Source: Laetmonice hystrix
Lineage: Eukaryota
Assembly: GCA_965235115.1 (NCBI GenBank)
Contig: OZ249436.1
Span: 44,890,001 to 44,954,000 of the forward strand
Length of the DNA: 64,000 bases
Direction: 5' to 3'
The position numbers and the translations under genes are program-made. The notes under the pieces were generated by a model. That model was not told where the DNA came from and made no database searches. It saw nothing but the letters and a program-made list of their open reading frames with translations. Below, piece by piece: positions 1 to 11,931 of the stretch. Numbering within the stretch: position 1 is the stretch's first letter; each line of letters opens with the position of its first letter.

Positions 1-370
1 CCATCATTTTAAAGTGACCGTAAAGATTTATAGTCAGGTTATACTCAGTGATAGGATGGGAAAGGCTACAGATTCCATCATTTTAAAGTGACCGTAAAGA
101 TTTATAGTAGGGTTACACTCAGTGATAGGATGGGAAAGGCTACAGATTCCATCATTTTAAAGTGACCGTAAAGATTTATAGTAGGGTTACACTCAGTGAT
201 AGGATGGGAAAGGTTACAGATTCCATCATTTTAAAGTGACCGTAAAGATTTATAGTCAGGTTACACTCAGTGATAGGATGGGAAAGGTTACAGATTCCAC
301 CATTTTAAAGTGACCGTAAAGATTTATAGTAGGGTTACACTCAGTGATAGGATGGGAAAGGCTACAGATT
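1..370. repeat. 74-bp minisatellite, ~5 copies, runs off the left edge (copy 1 of the duplication)
   Basis: CCATCATTTTAAAGTGACCGTAAAG...GGCTACAGATT recurs at 1, 75, 149 and onward. Confidence 0.97.
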
Positions 371-1104
371 ATGAGCATTGACATGGCAGACCGGTAACAC
401 GTACCGTTAAAGACCTCTCAGTTCTTTCAATATCTACTGTTAGTATCATACGTTCTACGAGTCTCACACTGACATGAATAAAGTCACTACAGTTGTCGGT
501 TTGTGTGCGTGTGTACTGATTACTGTACGCAGTCGCCACATGTATGGATATTTAATATAATATACCGATGGAAAGATAATAAAAGATTTCTTCCTCTGTT
601 TGTAGTGACAACAATCTGGTCTATGGCGTAATATAACACTGTACATTAAACTTTGGAAGCATACCTGATACTTTATAGTCTTGACTTATCAGGCAGATGC
701 TATATTGTACAACAGATGTACAATTTCTTAACGGGATGCAGTATAGATATTAATTAGCAATCAGCGTTAGTTTCCCAGGATTTATAATTCTTGGCCCTTT
801 CCGATATTAGATAAACGCATGTAGATAAACCTTTCCACAATGAATCCCTGAAGGTAATCCATTATTTATAGCAATAATATGATATAATGAACATTATTTA
901 TAATCCATTTTAATTACTTGGGATTTAACCAGTGAAAGCTTTGGTATTGTATCTTTTGACATAGGGTAACACTAATTGGAGCAGCCAGGTAGCGTCTCAA
1001 ATTAAGTTCTTACCCGGGGATGAGCAAGAGTTGATTAGGAGGTTATCAGTATTGAAAAGCTGCCGTCCGACTCGCTTAGAACTGCTACAAGTATCTTGAA
1101 GTTC

Positions 1105-1911
1105 TTTCTCTATCAGCGTGTTGTAAACTCTATCTTTATCTCTAAACTCTGTTCTCTATCAGCGTGTTGTAAACTCTATCTCTATCTCTAAACTCTGTTC
1201 TCTATCAGCGTGTTGTAAACTATATCTCTATCTCTAAACTCTGTTCTCTATCGGCGTGTTGTAAACTCTAGCTCTATCTCCAAACTCTGTTCTCTATCAG
1301 CGTGTTGTGAACTCTATCTCTATCTCTAAACTCTGTTCTCTATCAGCGTGTTGTAAACTCTATCTTTATCTCTAAACTCTGTTCTCTATCAGCGTGTTGT
1401 AAACTCTATCTTTATCTCTAAACTCTGTTCTCTATCAGCGTGTTGTAAACTCTATCTCCAAACTCTGTTCTCTATCAGCGTGTTGTAAACTCTATCTTTA
1501 TCTCTAAACTCTATTCTCTATCAGCGTGTTGTAAACTCTATCTTTATCTCTAAACTCTGTTCTCTATCAGCGTGTTGTAAACTCTATCTCTATCTCAAAC
1601 TCTGTTCTCTATCAGCGTGTTGTAAACTATCTCTAACTCTGTTCTCTATCAGCGTGTTGTAAACTCTATCTCTATCTCAAACTCTGTTCTCTATCAGCGT
1701 GTTGTAAACTCTATCTCTATCTCTAAACTCTGTTCTCTATCAGCGTGTTGTGAACTCTATCTCTATCTCTAAACTCTGTTCTCTATCAGCGTGTTGTAAA
1801 CTATATCTCTATCTCTAAACTCTGTTCTCTATCAGCGTGTTGTAAACTATATCTGTATCTCTAAACTCTGTTCTCTATCAGCGTGTTGTAAACTCTATCT
1901 CTATCTCCAAA
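1105..1911. repeat. ~46-bp CT-rich minisatellite, ~18 copies
   Basis: CTCTATCAGCGTGTTGTAAACTCTATCTCTATCTCTAAACTCTGTT repeated, with length variants. Confidence 0.97.
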
Positions 1912-1915
1912 CCAG

Positions 1916-2041
1916 GGGATGTTCAATATATAAGCGTGTCGGACCGTCCTACCGGCGACGGACCAACAATTACAGGCCCTACAACCAGGCGACGGACTGT
2001 GCGGCCAGTCGGACGGACGACGCGCTTATTGAAATACCCCC
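1916..2041. mobile_element. Small MITE with CAG target-site duplication (second copy at ~6590-6715)
   Basis: Imperfect TIRs GGGATGTTCAATA..TAAGCGTGTCG / CGACGCGCTTATTGAAATACCCC; CAG at 1913-1915 and 2042-2044. Confidence 0.6.
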
Positions 2042-2585
2042 CAGGTCATTACTAAATCAATAAGCGTGGGGCCAATCTGGCGACAGATCAAAGTTGAATA
2101 ACTGTGAGTGTCTTGTACTCAAACGGTGCAATAGTATCCGAGAATCTACTTCTGTGAATATCCAACACAGAACAGTCGCTAATGGCGGGAAGGCCACGTC
2201 TTCTAAAGGGCCCTATGAGTCATGTCAGTCTGGCGTTCATACAGGGCACTTGACAATCGACGCCGGTTTGCTATGGGGGAAATGGGCACAGTGGATAACG
2301 CCGCAATGTGATACAGCAAATACATCTCGGTGGGGCCCATGGGCGTTCGGTCTAATATTCCAAGGAAATGCGGGTTTCCAAGACTGTATAATGACGGCAA
2401 AAAGTAAGTATTCTTCAAAGAAAATGGTTAACGCCGTCGGACCCAGTTGGCTGTTGTATTCTGCCCGGAGAGTGCTATTCTTTCTTCTTACTTGACATCT
2501 CATTTCCTGAAACTGTTGGCCCTCTCAACTTCTATACCGGAAATAAGCAACCTTTTCACCTGATCAATATCCTGCATCGACTCAC

Positions 2586-2642
2586 CATTTCAACCACTCC
2601 GTCCAGTTTTTTCTCAATGCGAAGCCACATTTCTAGCATTTT
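2586..2642 (-). other. Candidate 57-nt exon (duplicate at 7259-7315)
   Basis: Minus strand CTCACAATTAG| ... ATG|GTGAGT; frame 0 is open (KMLEMWLRIEKKLDGVVEM). Confidence 0.3.
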
Positions 2643-2718
2643 CTAATTGTGAGTGGGACTGGGGGCCCCAGCCGCCCCACCCAAACCCCTCCACCTAAAC
2701 ATCTAACGGGATGAGGGG

Positions 2719-2836
2719 CCTTCACGTCGGAATGTATGGAACTCGGTGCCTGGCGCATGAATACGGCACTCTACCTTCGGTGTCGTGCCGTATTCATGCG
2801 CCAGGCATCGAGTTCCATACTTTCCCGCCGTGAAGG
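2719..2836. mobile_element. 118-bp foldback/palindromic element (copy at 7392-7509; related half-copy at 10326-10402)
   Basis: ~51-bp arms CCTTCACGTCGGAATGTATGGAACTCGGTGCCTGGCGCATGAATACGGCAC and their near reverse complement, around a 15-nt loop. Confidence 0.75.
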
Positions 2837-2864
2837 AGCCGAATGGATTGGATTATTGCCTGGA

Positions 2865-3008
2865 GTGAGTGAGTGAGTAGTTGGTGTTTAACGCCCAGTC
2901 AGCAGTATTTCAGCTATTTCAGGGCGAGAACAAGGTAACTAACTCAGTCGGTGAAATCCATTGGGTGATAATGAGATGATAGGAGGAAACCTGGCATCGG
3001 GGCAAACC
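2865..3008 (-). mobile_element. SINE 3' fragment truncated by the duplication breakpoint
   Basis: (GAGT)n tail plus TTGGTGTTTAACGCCCAGTCAGCAGTATTTCAGCTATTTC; near-identical to 7538-7681 but lacks the distal end and right TSD. Confidence 0.75.
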
Positions 3009-3702
3009 AATTATAAAGGTCATTTCAAATGTCATCACTTGTATCTAGACATTTGATCGGTTGACATTGTTGTAATGTGGACATCAAATAAAGCCATATA
3101 TTAATTTCGTCCCATAAGAAATAAGACATGGCAAGATTTTGTTACTTTTGTGACGTTCATTAGCAACTACCTTAAGGCCATCTCCACAACGAAAATGGGA
3201 CAACAGAACGCTAAGGAGCCTATTGGCTGCCGAGTGGCGACGGGAACTGCCGTGATAGAATAAAATAACGCGTTAACTGAGCGAGTGTTTGCGGGTCCAC
3301 ACCGCAGTCAGTTGCGTATGGGGACAATTTGTGAAACCAACACAGATATGTTTTGTCCTCGTTCACAGTACTGCGGCATAGACTAAACCGTTTATCGAGT
3401 GGTATTAATGGGCCTATTGACGTAATGATACTATGCTTGCAGTTAAGAAAAATATAATCCAAGTCACTGTTTATGTCCCCGGTGAACGAGGAGAAACTAC
3501 GGGTATTGCTTCTGAACGTGTTTATTAATTTTCAATGGCTCAAGCAAAGTACAAGAATCTGAATTCGCACGTTACATGATCATTCTCTGCCATTTTTTGT
3601 TTGTTAACCCACTCCGACTCAAAGCCACATCACAAGTTATCGCCTTCACGAATTTATTTATCAAACACCGCGTCGTGCCACTGTCTGGGAGGATTATCGT
3701 CT

Positions 3703-3829
3703 GACAACGGATGTTGGCGCCACGTCTAAGTTAGCACCTGTGCTAGACAACGGATGTTGGCGCCACGTCTAAGTTAGCACCTGTGCTAGACAACGGATGT
3801 TGGCGGCACGTCTAAGTTAGCACCTGTGT
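3703..3829. repeat. 43-bp tandem repeat, 3 copies
   Basis: GACAACGGATGTTGGCGCCACGTCTAAGTTAGCACCTGTGCTA at 3703, 3746, 3789. Confidence 0.95.
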
Positions 3830-4010
3830 TACACGGAACTATTACAGTGGGGAACCTAATCAGTCTACAATGTATGTGTGTGGTGGAATCTCAGGGAAAA
3901 CTCTAACATATGAAACGGTAATCAATTCTGGTGTGTGAAAATATGGAATACGTTCTTAGAAATTTCTCTCAGATTCAGCGTCTGCTACGTTTGTATTGGA
4001 ACTACCTTAA

Positions 4011-4219
4011 TCCCCCACTTACCTGTCCTATTCCCGAAGTGGCCAAAAATTGTCTAAGTCCGAAAAAGGTACTGCATTTGTCGGGGGGTAATGACCGGTA
4101 ACAGAACAGCCTTATCAAAACCAGGTCGTGTATCTGTCACATTTTGAATAGGACATGCTGAGCTGTTTGAAAATTGAAATTGTATACGCTAGGGAATAGG
4201 ACAGGTATTAAGTGGGGGA
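4011..4219. mobile_element. TTAA-flanked MITE
   Basis: TTAA|TCCCCCACTT-ACCTGTCCTATTCCC ... GGGAATAGGACAGGT-ATT-AAGTGGGGGA|TTAA. Confidence 0.8.
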
Positions 4220-4660
4220 TTAAGTATATAAATGTAATGTTTTCATAGGATTCCATCTGCTGTTGGCGGGCTGTGACGTCCGAGGGAAGTGGGCATTCAT
4301 GTTCTGTCAGCAATAATGGCCCTCATCAAGAACAATATGACTGATATTTATGGAAGGTTCTTCTTCTCCTTCTCCCTCGTCTTCTCCTTGTGCTTACGCA
4401 GACAGTCGCCTACTTCTAAACTATCAATGGTGAAGGACTATTACAGGTAGCCGCGAGTGGACATTGAGATAAGCGCTTGATCTGCAGTACGGGGGAGTAA
4501 ACAAAAGTTGTCAACCGCAGGCGGTTCACTTTGTGCGAACAAAGAGTAGTGACGTGAATGTCCGCTAGGAGGAGATGGGCAGAGGCGTCGTTTCATGTGT
4601 TCAGTCACGATCTGGTGTCATGTGCATGCAAGAGCATGCCTCAGTGGTTGCGCGCGCACA

Positions 4661-5411
4661 TTTCCATCATTTTAAAGTGACCTTAAAGATTTATAGTCAG
4701 GTTATACTCAGTGATAGGATGGGAAAGGCTACAGATTCCATCATTTTAAAGTGACCGTAAAGATTTATAGTAGGGTTACACTCAGTGATAGGATGGGAAA
4801 GGCTACAGATTCCATCATTTTAAAGTGACTGTAAAGATTTATAGTAGGGTTAAATACTCAGCGATAGGCTGGGAAAGGCTACAGATTCCATCATTTTAAA
4901 GTGACCGTAAAGATTTATAGTCAGGTTATACTCAGCGATAGGCTGGGAAAGGCTACAGATTCTATCATTTTAAAGTGACCGTAAAGATTTATAGTAGGGT
5001 TATACTCAGTGATAGGATGGGAAAGGCTACAGATTCCATCATTTTAAAGTGACCGTAAAGATTTATAGTCAGGTTATACTCAGTGATAGGATGGGAAAGG
5101 CTACAGATTCCATCATTTTAAAGTGACCGTAAAGATTTATAGTCTGGTTATAGATCTACTCAGTGATAGGATGGGAAAGGCTACAGATTCCATCATTTTA
5201 AAGTGACCGTAAAGATTTATAGTCAGGTTATACTCAGTGATAGGATGGGAAAGGCTACAGATTCCATCATTTTAAAGTGACCGTAAAGATTTATAGTAGG
5301 GTTACACTCAGTGATAGGATGGGAAAGGCTACAGATTCCATCATTTTAAAGTGACCGTAAAGATTTATAGTAGGGTTACACTCAGTGATAGGATGGGAAA
5401 GGCTACAGATT
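4661..5411. repeat. 74-bp minisatellite, ~10 copies
   Basis: Same monomer as 1-370. Confidence 0.97.
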
Positions 5412-6145
5412 ATGAGCATTGACATGGCAGACCGGTAACACGTACCGTTAAAGACCTCTCAGTTCTTTCAATATCTACTGTTAGTATCATACGTTCTACG
5501 AGTCTCGCACTGACATGAATAAAGTCACTACAGTTGTCGGTTTGTGTGCGTGTTTACTCATTACTGTACGCAATCGCCACATGCATGGATATTTAATATA
5601 ATATACCGATGGAAAGATAATAAAAGATTTCTTCCTCTGTTTGTAGTGACAACAATCTGGTCTATGGCGTAATATAACACTGTACATTAAACTTTGGAGC
5701 ATACCTGATACTTTATAGTCTTGACTTATCAGGCAGATGCTATATTGTACAACAGATGTACAATTTCTTAACGGGATGCAGTATAGATATTAATTAGCAA
5801 TCAGCGTTAGTTTCCCAGGATTTATAATTCTTGGCCCTTTCCGATATTAGATAAACGCATGTAGATAAACCTTTCCACAATGAATCCCTGAAGGTAATCC
5901 ATTATTTATAGCAATAATATGATATAATGAACATTATTTATAATCCATTTTAATTACTTGGGATTTAACCAGTGAAAGCTTTGGTATTGTATCTTTTGAC
6001 ATAGGGTAACACTAATTGGAGCAGCCAGGTAGCGTCTCAAATTAAGTTCTTACCCGGGGATGAGCAAGAGTTGATTAGGAGGTTATCAGTATTGAAAAGC
6101 TGCCGTCCGACTCGCTTAGAACTGCTACAAGTATCTTGAAGTTCT

Positions 6146-6585
6146 TTCTCTATCAGCGTGTTGTAAACTCTATCTTTATCTCTAAACTCTGTTCTCTATC
6201 AGCGTGTTGTAAACTCTATCTTTATCTCTAAACTCTGTTCTCTATCAGCGTGTTGTAAACTCTATCTTTATCTCTAAACTCTGTTCTCTATCAGCGTGTT
6301 GTAAACTCTATCTCTATCTCAAACTCTGTTCTCTATCAGCGTGTTGTAAACTCTATCTCTAACTCTGTTCTCTATCAGCGTGTTGTAAACTCTATCTCTA
6401 ACTCTGTTCTCTATCAGCGTGTTGTAAACTCTATCTCTATCTCTAAACTCTGTTCTCTATCAGCGTGTTGTGAACTCTATCTCTATCTCTAAACTCTGTT
6501 CTCTATCAGCGTGTTGTAAACTATATCTGTATCTCTAAACTCTGTTCTCTATCAGCGTGTTGTAAACTCTATCTCTATCTCCAAA
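6146..6585. repeat. ~46-bp minisatellite, ~10 copies
   Basis: Same monomer as 1105-1911. Confidence 0.97.
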
Positions 6586-7537
6586 CCAGGGGATGTTCAA
6601 TATATAAGCGTGTCGGACCGTCCTACCGGCGACGGACCAACAATTACAGGCCCTACAACCAGGCGACGGACTGTGCGGCCAGTCGGACGGACGACGCGCT
6701 TATTGAAATACCCCCCAGGTCATTACTAAATCAATAAGCGTGGGGCCAATCTGGCGACAGATCAAAGTTGAATAACTGTGAGTGTCTTGTACTCAAACGG
6801 TGCAATAGTATCCGAGAATCTACTTCTGTGAATATCCAACACAGAACAGTCGCTAATGGCGGGAAGGCCACGTCTTCTAAAGGGCCCTATGAGTCATGTC
6901 AGTCTGGCGTTCATACAGGGCACTTGACAATCGACGCCGGTTTGCTATGGGGGAAATGGGCACAGTGGATAACGCCGCAATGTGATACAGCAAATACATC
7001 TCGGTGGGGCCCATGGGCGTTCGGTCTAATATTCCAAGGAAATGCGGGTTTCCAAGACTGTATAATGACGGCAAAAGTAAGTATTCTTCAAAGAAAATGG
7101 TTAACGCCGTCGGACCCAGTTGGCTGTTGTATTCTGCCCGGAGAGTGCTATTCTTTCTTCTTACTTGACATCTCATTTCCTGAAACTGTTGGCCCTCTCA
7201 ACTTCTATACCGGAAATAAGCAACCTTTTCACCTGATCAATATCCTGCATCGACTCACCATTTCAACCACTCCGTCCAGTTTTTTCTCAATGCGAAGCCA
7301 CATTTCTAGCATTTTCTAATTGTGAGTGGGACTGGGGGCCCCAGCCGCCCCACCCAAACCCCTCCACCTAAACATCTAACGGGATGAGGGGCCTTCACGT
7401 CGGAATGTATGGAACTCGGTGCCTGGCGCATGAATACGGCACTCTACCTTCGGTGTCGTGCCGTATTCATGCGCCAGGCATCGAGTTCCATACTTTCCCG
7501 CCGTGAAGGAGCCGAATGGATTGGATTATTGCCTGGA

Positions 7538-7702
7538 GTGAGTGAGTGAGTAGTTGGTGTTTAACGCCCAGTCAGCAGTTTTTCAGCTATTTCAGGGCGA
7601 GAACAAGGTAACTAACTCAGTCGGTGAAATCCATTGGGTGATAATGAGATGATAGGAGGAAACCTGGCATCGGGGCGAACCCCTACTCTTATCGATAGGT
7701 GC
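7538..7702 (-). mobile_element. 5'-truncated SINE/retroposon with 12-bp TSD
   Basis: TTATTGCCTGGA at 7526-7537 and 7703-7714 flanks a 165-bp insert with a (GAGT)n tail. Confidence 0.85.
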
Positions 7703-8752
7703 TTATTGCCTGGATTATTTCTAATTTAAGGTAACAACAACACGCATTCCATACGGACCACCATATGGTACACCCCCCCCCCCACCAATGGCACTGATAG
7801 AATGCGCATATCATAAAAAAAACATATAAGCAACCTTTAATAAATATAATTTGGCATAGCATAGCTTTATGCCTGATATCACGGCCCGTAAAGACGGCAA
7901 CATTGGACATATTATATTTACTTCCATGCTTTTGATTTACAATGTATATTCTGTACTGATACAAGAAGTTATTAAAATTGAAAACAATTGAAGTGGCAAT
8001 ACCTGTACAGAATTATGTTCTTTATCGCTGTTAAGAATCATGTGCATGGTTCTCTAATCAAATGCCAAAGGGCCACAGCTTCACGTCCTAGTGTATCTCT
8101 CTGTCGATTTCTACGGCTGGCTATCCTTTCGGAGGGAGCTTTAATACTGCATGCGGCATGTTGGATAAGCTTGATTTAAATCGAGTTCTTACGGGGGAGA
8201 AAACATCGAGAAAACCTACACCCGGCGTTCGGATGTTCTTTCATGCCCCTCGCGTCATTTATGACTGACAGTGAAAAGTTCCGCGCAGTCCTAACACTTT
8301 CGTGTTCATCTTTAAAGCTTTGTATTTTTTGGGAAACTTTCTGAAGAAACATCTAAGGGCAGATATACGAATAGTGCATAATAGAATACAGAAGAATATT
8401 CCTTTTGTGGGGCTGTATGGAGTATTATTATCCTAACATCAGATTTATAACAATCCTGCACAACATCGCCGATCTAATTCTAACGGGCATTTTATAAATT
8501 GTTTTAAGAAATTTAGTCACCATCGATACACTGTTGGCGTTCTACTTTCATTAAAAAAAATCACTTATTGATCGAAATTATCTACTTATTAGTATAAGAG
8601 GGGAATGTCTGCAAGAGTTTTGCTTATCGTCACCAAGCGTTTCGCCAGGCTTTGTATCATGAGTCGAGCAGTTTTCTACATGATAACAACATTGACATAT
8701 TGTAAACGCTTCTCCTTAAAAAGCGCAAGACATATGACAAGGTCTAGATGGC

Positions 8753-8853
8753 TTATAAAAGGCCATCATTCAGAGCAAGTTTGGCCTGCCTCATGTATAC
8801 CACCAATGCGAACGATAACGTTGACGTTTCTGAAAACGATCCCATAAGCCATT
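8753..8853 (-). other. Candidate downstream exon (alternative in-frame acceptor at 8829)
   Basis: Acceptors GAAACAG| and GTTTTCAG| 24 nt apart; continues the frame of 9745-9873: EWLMGSFSETSTLSFALVVYMRQAKLALNDGLL*. Confidence 0.25.
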
Positions 8854-9273
8854 CTGTTTCAAATACAATATAAACAGTAGGGTGATTGTGAGTGGATCTA
8901 TAGCCAGGTCAGTCTGGGTGCCACATGTGTGTCTCTATCGTTACAAAGTCAATAGTCACAGTATGTAAATGGTGACCACAGTTATCCAGGGGTGGTGAGT
9001 TGATAAAACAATACGTGTTGGAATGGCAGCTGGGTACATCCGAGTGTCATCACCGCCAGGTGTCGCTGTCAGCAGGCAGCGTCTCCACACGCCTCCATAC
9101 CGTAACCACGGACACGTTTTCACAACTCCAGTTTCAACACAGAAACGGTTACCAGAATACCGATTGCTTTAATTGCGTGGAGCCGAAATACGGCAGGATA
9201 TGGCAATTAATTGGTTTCTATGGTACCACGCTAGGCCTCTTCAAGTCGACTGCAAAGAGAGCAGTGTTCTTAA

Positions 9274-9666
9274 AGCTGCAGATGAAATTCTCCAAAACCT
9301 TACCTTGCACCCTCAGCAACACCATGTTAAAATTTCGTTTTTGAACGATGAATGAAAGTATAGAAAAATGAAGTTACAACGGGCCGACCCGTTACCGTTC
9401 GGACCGAACGCTATCTGCGAGGTGAGGCTCACGAGCAGGAAATTCCCCTACATCCGACTAATGTATGCAGTGCTTTCGGTATGGTCATAATTGGACAATC
9501 ACTGCAAGCCTCACCTTGCAGATAGCGTTCGGTCCGAACGGTAACGGAATGGCCATGCAGTTGTAGCTTCATTTCTCAATACTTTCACTCATCGTTTAAA
9601 CATGAAATTTTAACATGGTGCTGCTGAGGGTACAAAATAACTTTTTGAGGATTTTCAGCTGCAGCT
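9274..9666. mobile_element. Non-autonomous DNA transposon, long TIRs, TTAA TSD (Kolobok-like termini)
   Basis: TTAA|AGCTGCAG...CTGCAGCT|TTAA; ~155-bp imperfect inverted arms including CCGTTACCGTTCGGACCGAACGCTATCTGC / GCAGATAGCGTTCGGTCCGAACGGTAACGG. Confidence 0.9.
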
Positions 9667-9744
9667 TTAACGTCCGTACCTGCATCTCTGTCAGCTATTT
9701 GCATAATGTCGGGAGTTGTCCAAAAATAAGTAGAACAGACTTAC

Positions 9745-9873
9745 CGAGAGTTTTGTAAATCCAGAGTGACTGAAGGATGGGACCGGATGCTATCAAGACA
9801 CAGATAGTGACATAAAGTAGGCCTTCATAAAAAGAGTATCCTTCCTTCCCAAACCAGCCAACTTGTCTTTGTT
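9745..9873 (-). CDS. Candidate 129-nt phase 1-1 exon, possibly encoding a transmembrane segment (may be non-coding)
   Basis: TCTTATTTTCCTTTTTAAAG| acceptor and G|GTAAGT donor; the only open frame reads QRQVGWFGKEGYSFYEGLLYVTICVLIASGPILQSLWIYKTL. Confidence 0.35.
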
Positions 9874-11062
9874 CTTTAAAAAGGAAAATAAGATTGGATA
9901 ATGGGTGTGGATAGTCGATTATGATTGGTATGTGGTCATGGATATTACCGGCATAACGCAGCCAACGACTTGCTTAGACAGTTTCACTCATTATGAAACT
10001 CTTCGAGTGCGCTTTGGTGATTGGAAGCCAAGCCTATTACAAAGACCACGTTAATTCATGGCAAATTGTTATAACTTGGTAAGTGAACTGGAGAGAGGAC
10101 TAACTATGTTTGTTATAACTTGGAAACGACTTATTATGTAACTGCTGTTGTTATTGTTTGTGAGCACCGTGTGGAAACAATGGTTGAGGATGTCCACTTA
10201 ACAAACCGCCCCTTCCAGCGGCCCCACGGAAAAACGTTTATTTGTTGTTCATTCTTGTTTACTGTTGGCTCTTTTTCTCAAATTAGATCCAAGCGCATAT
10301 AATAAACATGTAAGAGGATTCCGCACCTTCTCTGCGGGAAAGTATGGAACGAGATGCCTGGCGCATGAATACGGCGCATGAATACGGCGCATGAATACGG
10401 CATACCACCGAACTCTTCAGTCCATTGGAGACCGCACTTTTTATGTTTGTCATAAAAATTCGATAACTCAATAGATATTTCTCGACTTTGAATTTGGAAG
10501 TGAGTCGAGTAACGCTTGAAGGGGGTCCGATTATTTAATGCAGCACCACGGCACGCTCAGGATACTGGGGGACATATCTTGTTGTGTCCAGGAACCAATG
10601 CTGGGGTTGTTTCGTATTTCGAAATGTATCAATATATTAGAGACCTATGTGGTTGAGGGAATACATTTTTGTGCAAGAAAAAGAACGTTGGCATTCAGTG
10701 CAATAGTCTTCACTGGGTCAGCACAGCCTGAGAACGTGTACACCGTGTATATGGTCACACCGTGCCTAGCGGCCATTCGTCATGATCACAGGGCAGACGA
10801 CACATGCCGATAATTAGTTGGGCAGTCGGAAATGAGGCCGGGACGGAAACAGGTAGTGCAGCGCCACCCAGCGGTTAAAGTGAGATTAAGAAATAATTAT
10901 ACCTCTTCTCCAGGCGCAAGTAAAATCAAACAAGCAGGACCTCCTCCTCAACGTGTAAACGATCTATTAGCTAAAGATCCTTGTACGCACCATATCGAGA
11001 CATTAGAGGAAAATATTTTAACCGAATGAAAGAAAGAAAGAATGAATGATTGATACTATACA

Positions 11063-11105
<43 letters not shown>
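11063..11105. repeat. (TAAA)n microsatellite
   Basis: ~10 copies. Confidence 0.95.
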
Positions 11106-11106
<1 letters not shown>

Positions 11107-11168
11107 AGCCTGATGTACTACTTTTCACGGCTGATGAAACGAAGACATAACGTAGTTGTGTTACCCTG

Positions 11169-11275
11169 GGGTGCGTTTCACAACAATCGTAACCCTGTCG
11201 TGCGTAAAAATCCCCATTGAAAATACATTGGTGTTTACGCTAGGACAAGCTAACGACAGGTTTTGAAACGCACCC
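11169..11275. mobile_element. 107-bp MITE with CTG TSD (PIF/Harbinger-like)
   Basis: CTG|GGGTGCGTTTCA ... TGAAACGCACCC|CTG. Confidence 0.85.
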
Positions 11276-11345
11276 CTGAGTGGAGAAAATGAGCCGGAGA
11301 AGGCGATAATATTCAGTGGTAACCAATGCAATCTCTGGTACTTAC

Positions 11346-11931
11346 CGACCGTCTAAAGGCCACGCGGGTGCTCACCCTTCAGTCACAATGCGATGCCCGG
11401 ATTGTCTATTGACTTTTGAATACTGTATGGGACGCTACTCTTAGAACGTTTCCTCCCAGTTCGTGTCCATGCGTTGTTAAGATATTGGTAGCACGGTGGC
11501 CATTGGTGTGGGCCCTAAAATAGCGGCACCGTGTAGGTACGGTCCTTGGCAGGGTTCCGCGGTAGAGAGACGGTCCTCGGTAGCCGCAGTGGAGGTACGG
11601 TCCTCGGTAGAGTTCCGCAGTAGAGGTACGGTCCTCGGTAGAGTTCCGCAGTAGAGGTACGGTCCTCGGTAGAGTTCCACGGTAGAGGTACGGTCCTCGG
11701 CAGAGTTCCGCGGTAGAGAGACGGTCCTCGGTAGAGTTCCGCGGTAGAGGTACGGTCCTCGGTAGAGTTCCGCGGTAGAGGTACGGTCCTCGGCAGGGTT
11801 CTGCGGTGGAGGTACGGTCCTCGGTAGAGTTCCGCGGTAGAGGTACGGTCCTCGGCAGAGTTCCGCAGTAGAGGGATAGGGCAATAACCTGTTAGGCACG
11901 GCTCCTGGGAACAGGTCTGGCTTGTTTGGGG
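11346..11931 (-). other. Candidate 586-nt exon containing the 31-bp minisatellite
   Basis: Strong acceptor CCTGTATTTCTCTCTTGGTGTTTCAG| at 11932 and donor G|GTAAGTAC at 11345. Confidence 0.4.
11535..11873. repeat. 31-bp minisatellite, ~11 copies
   Basis: GGTAGAGTTCCGCGGTAGAGGTACGGTCCTC repeated. Confidence 0.95.

Larger units (their letters stand above)
1..7681 (+). repeat. Tandem segmental duplication: 1-3008 matches ~5040-7681; inferred unit 3009-7681 (~4.67 kb)
   Basis: Unique sequence 371-1104 matches 5412-6145, and 1911-3008 matches 6585-7681 almost exactly. Duplicated ORFs at 464/5496 and 2094/6768. Confidence 0.95.
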
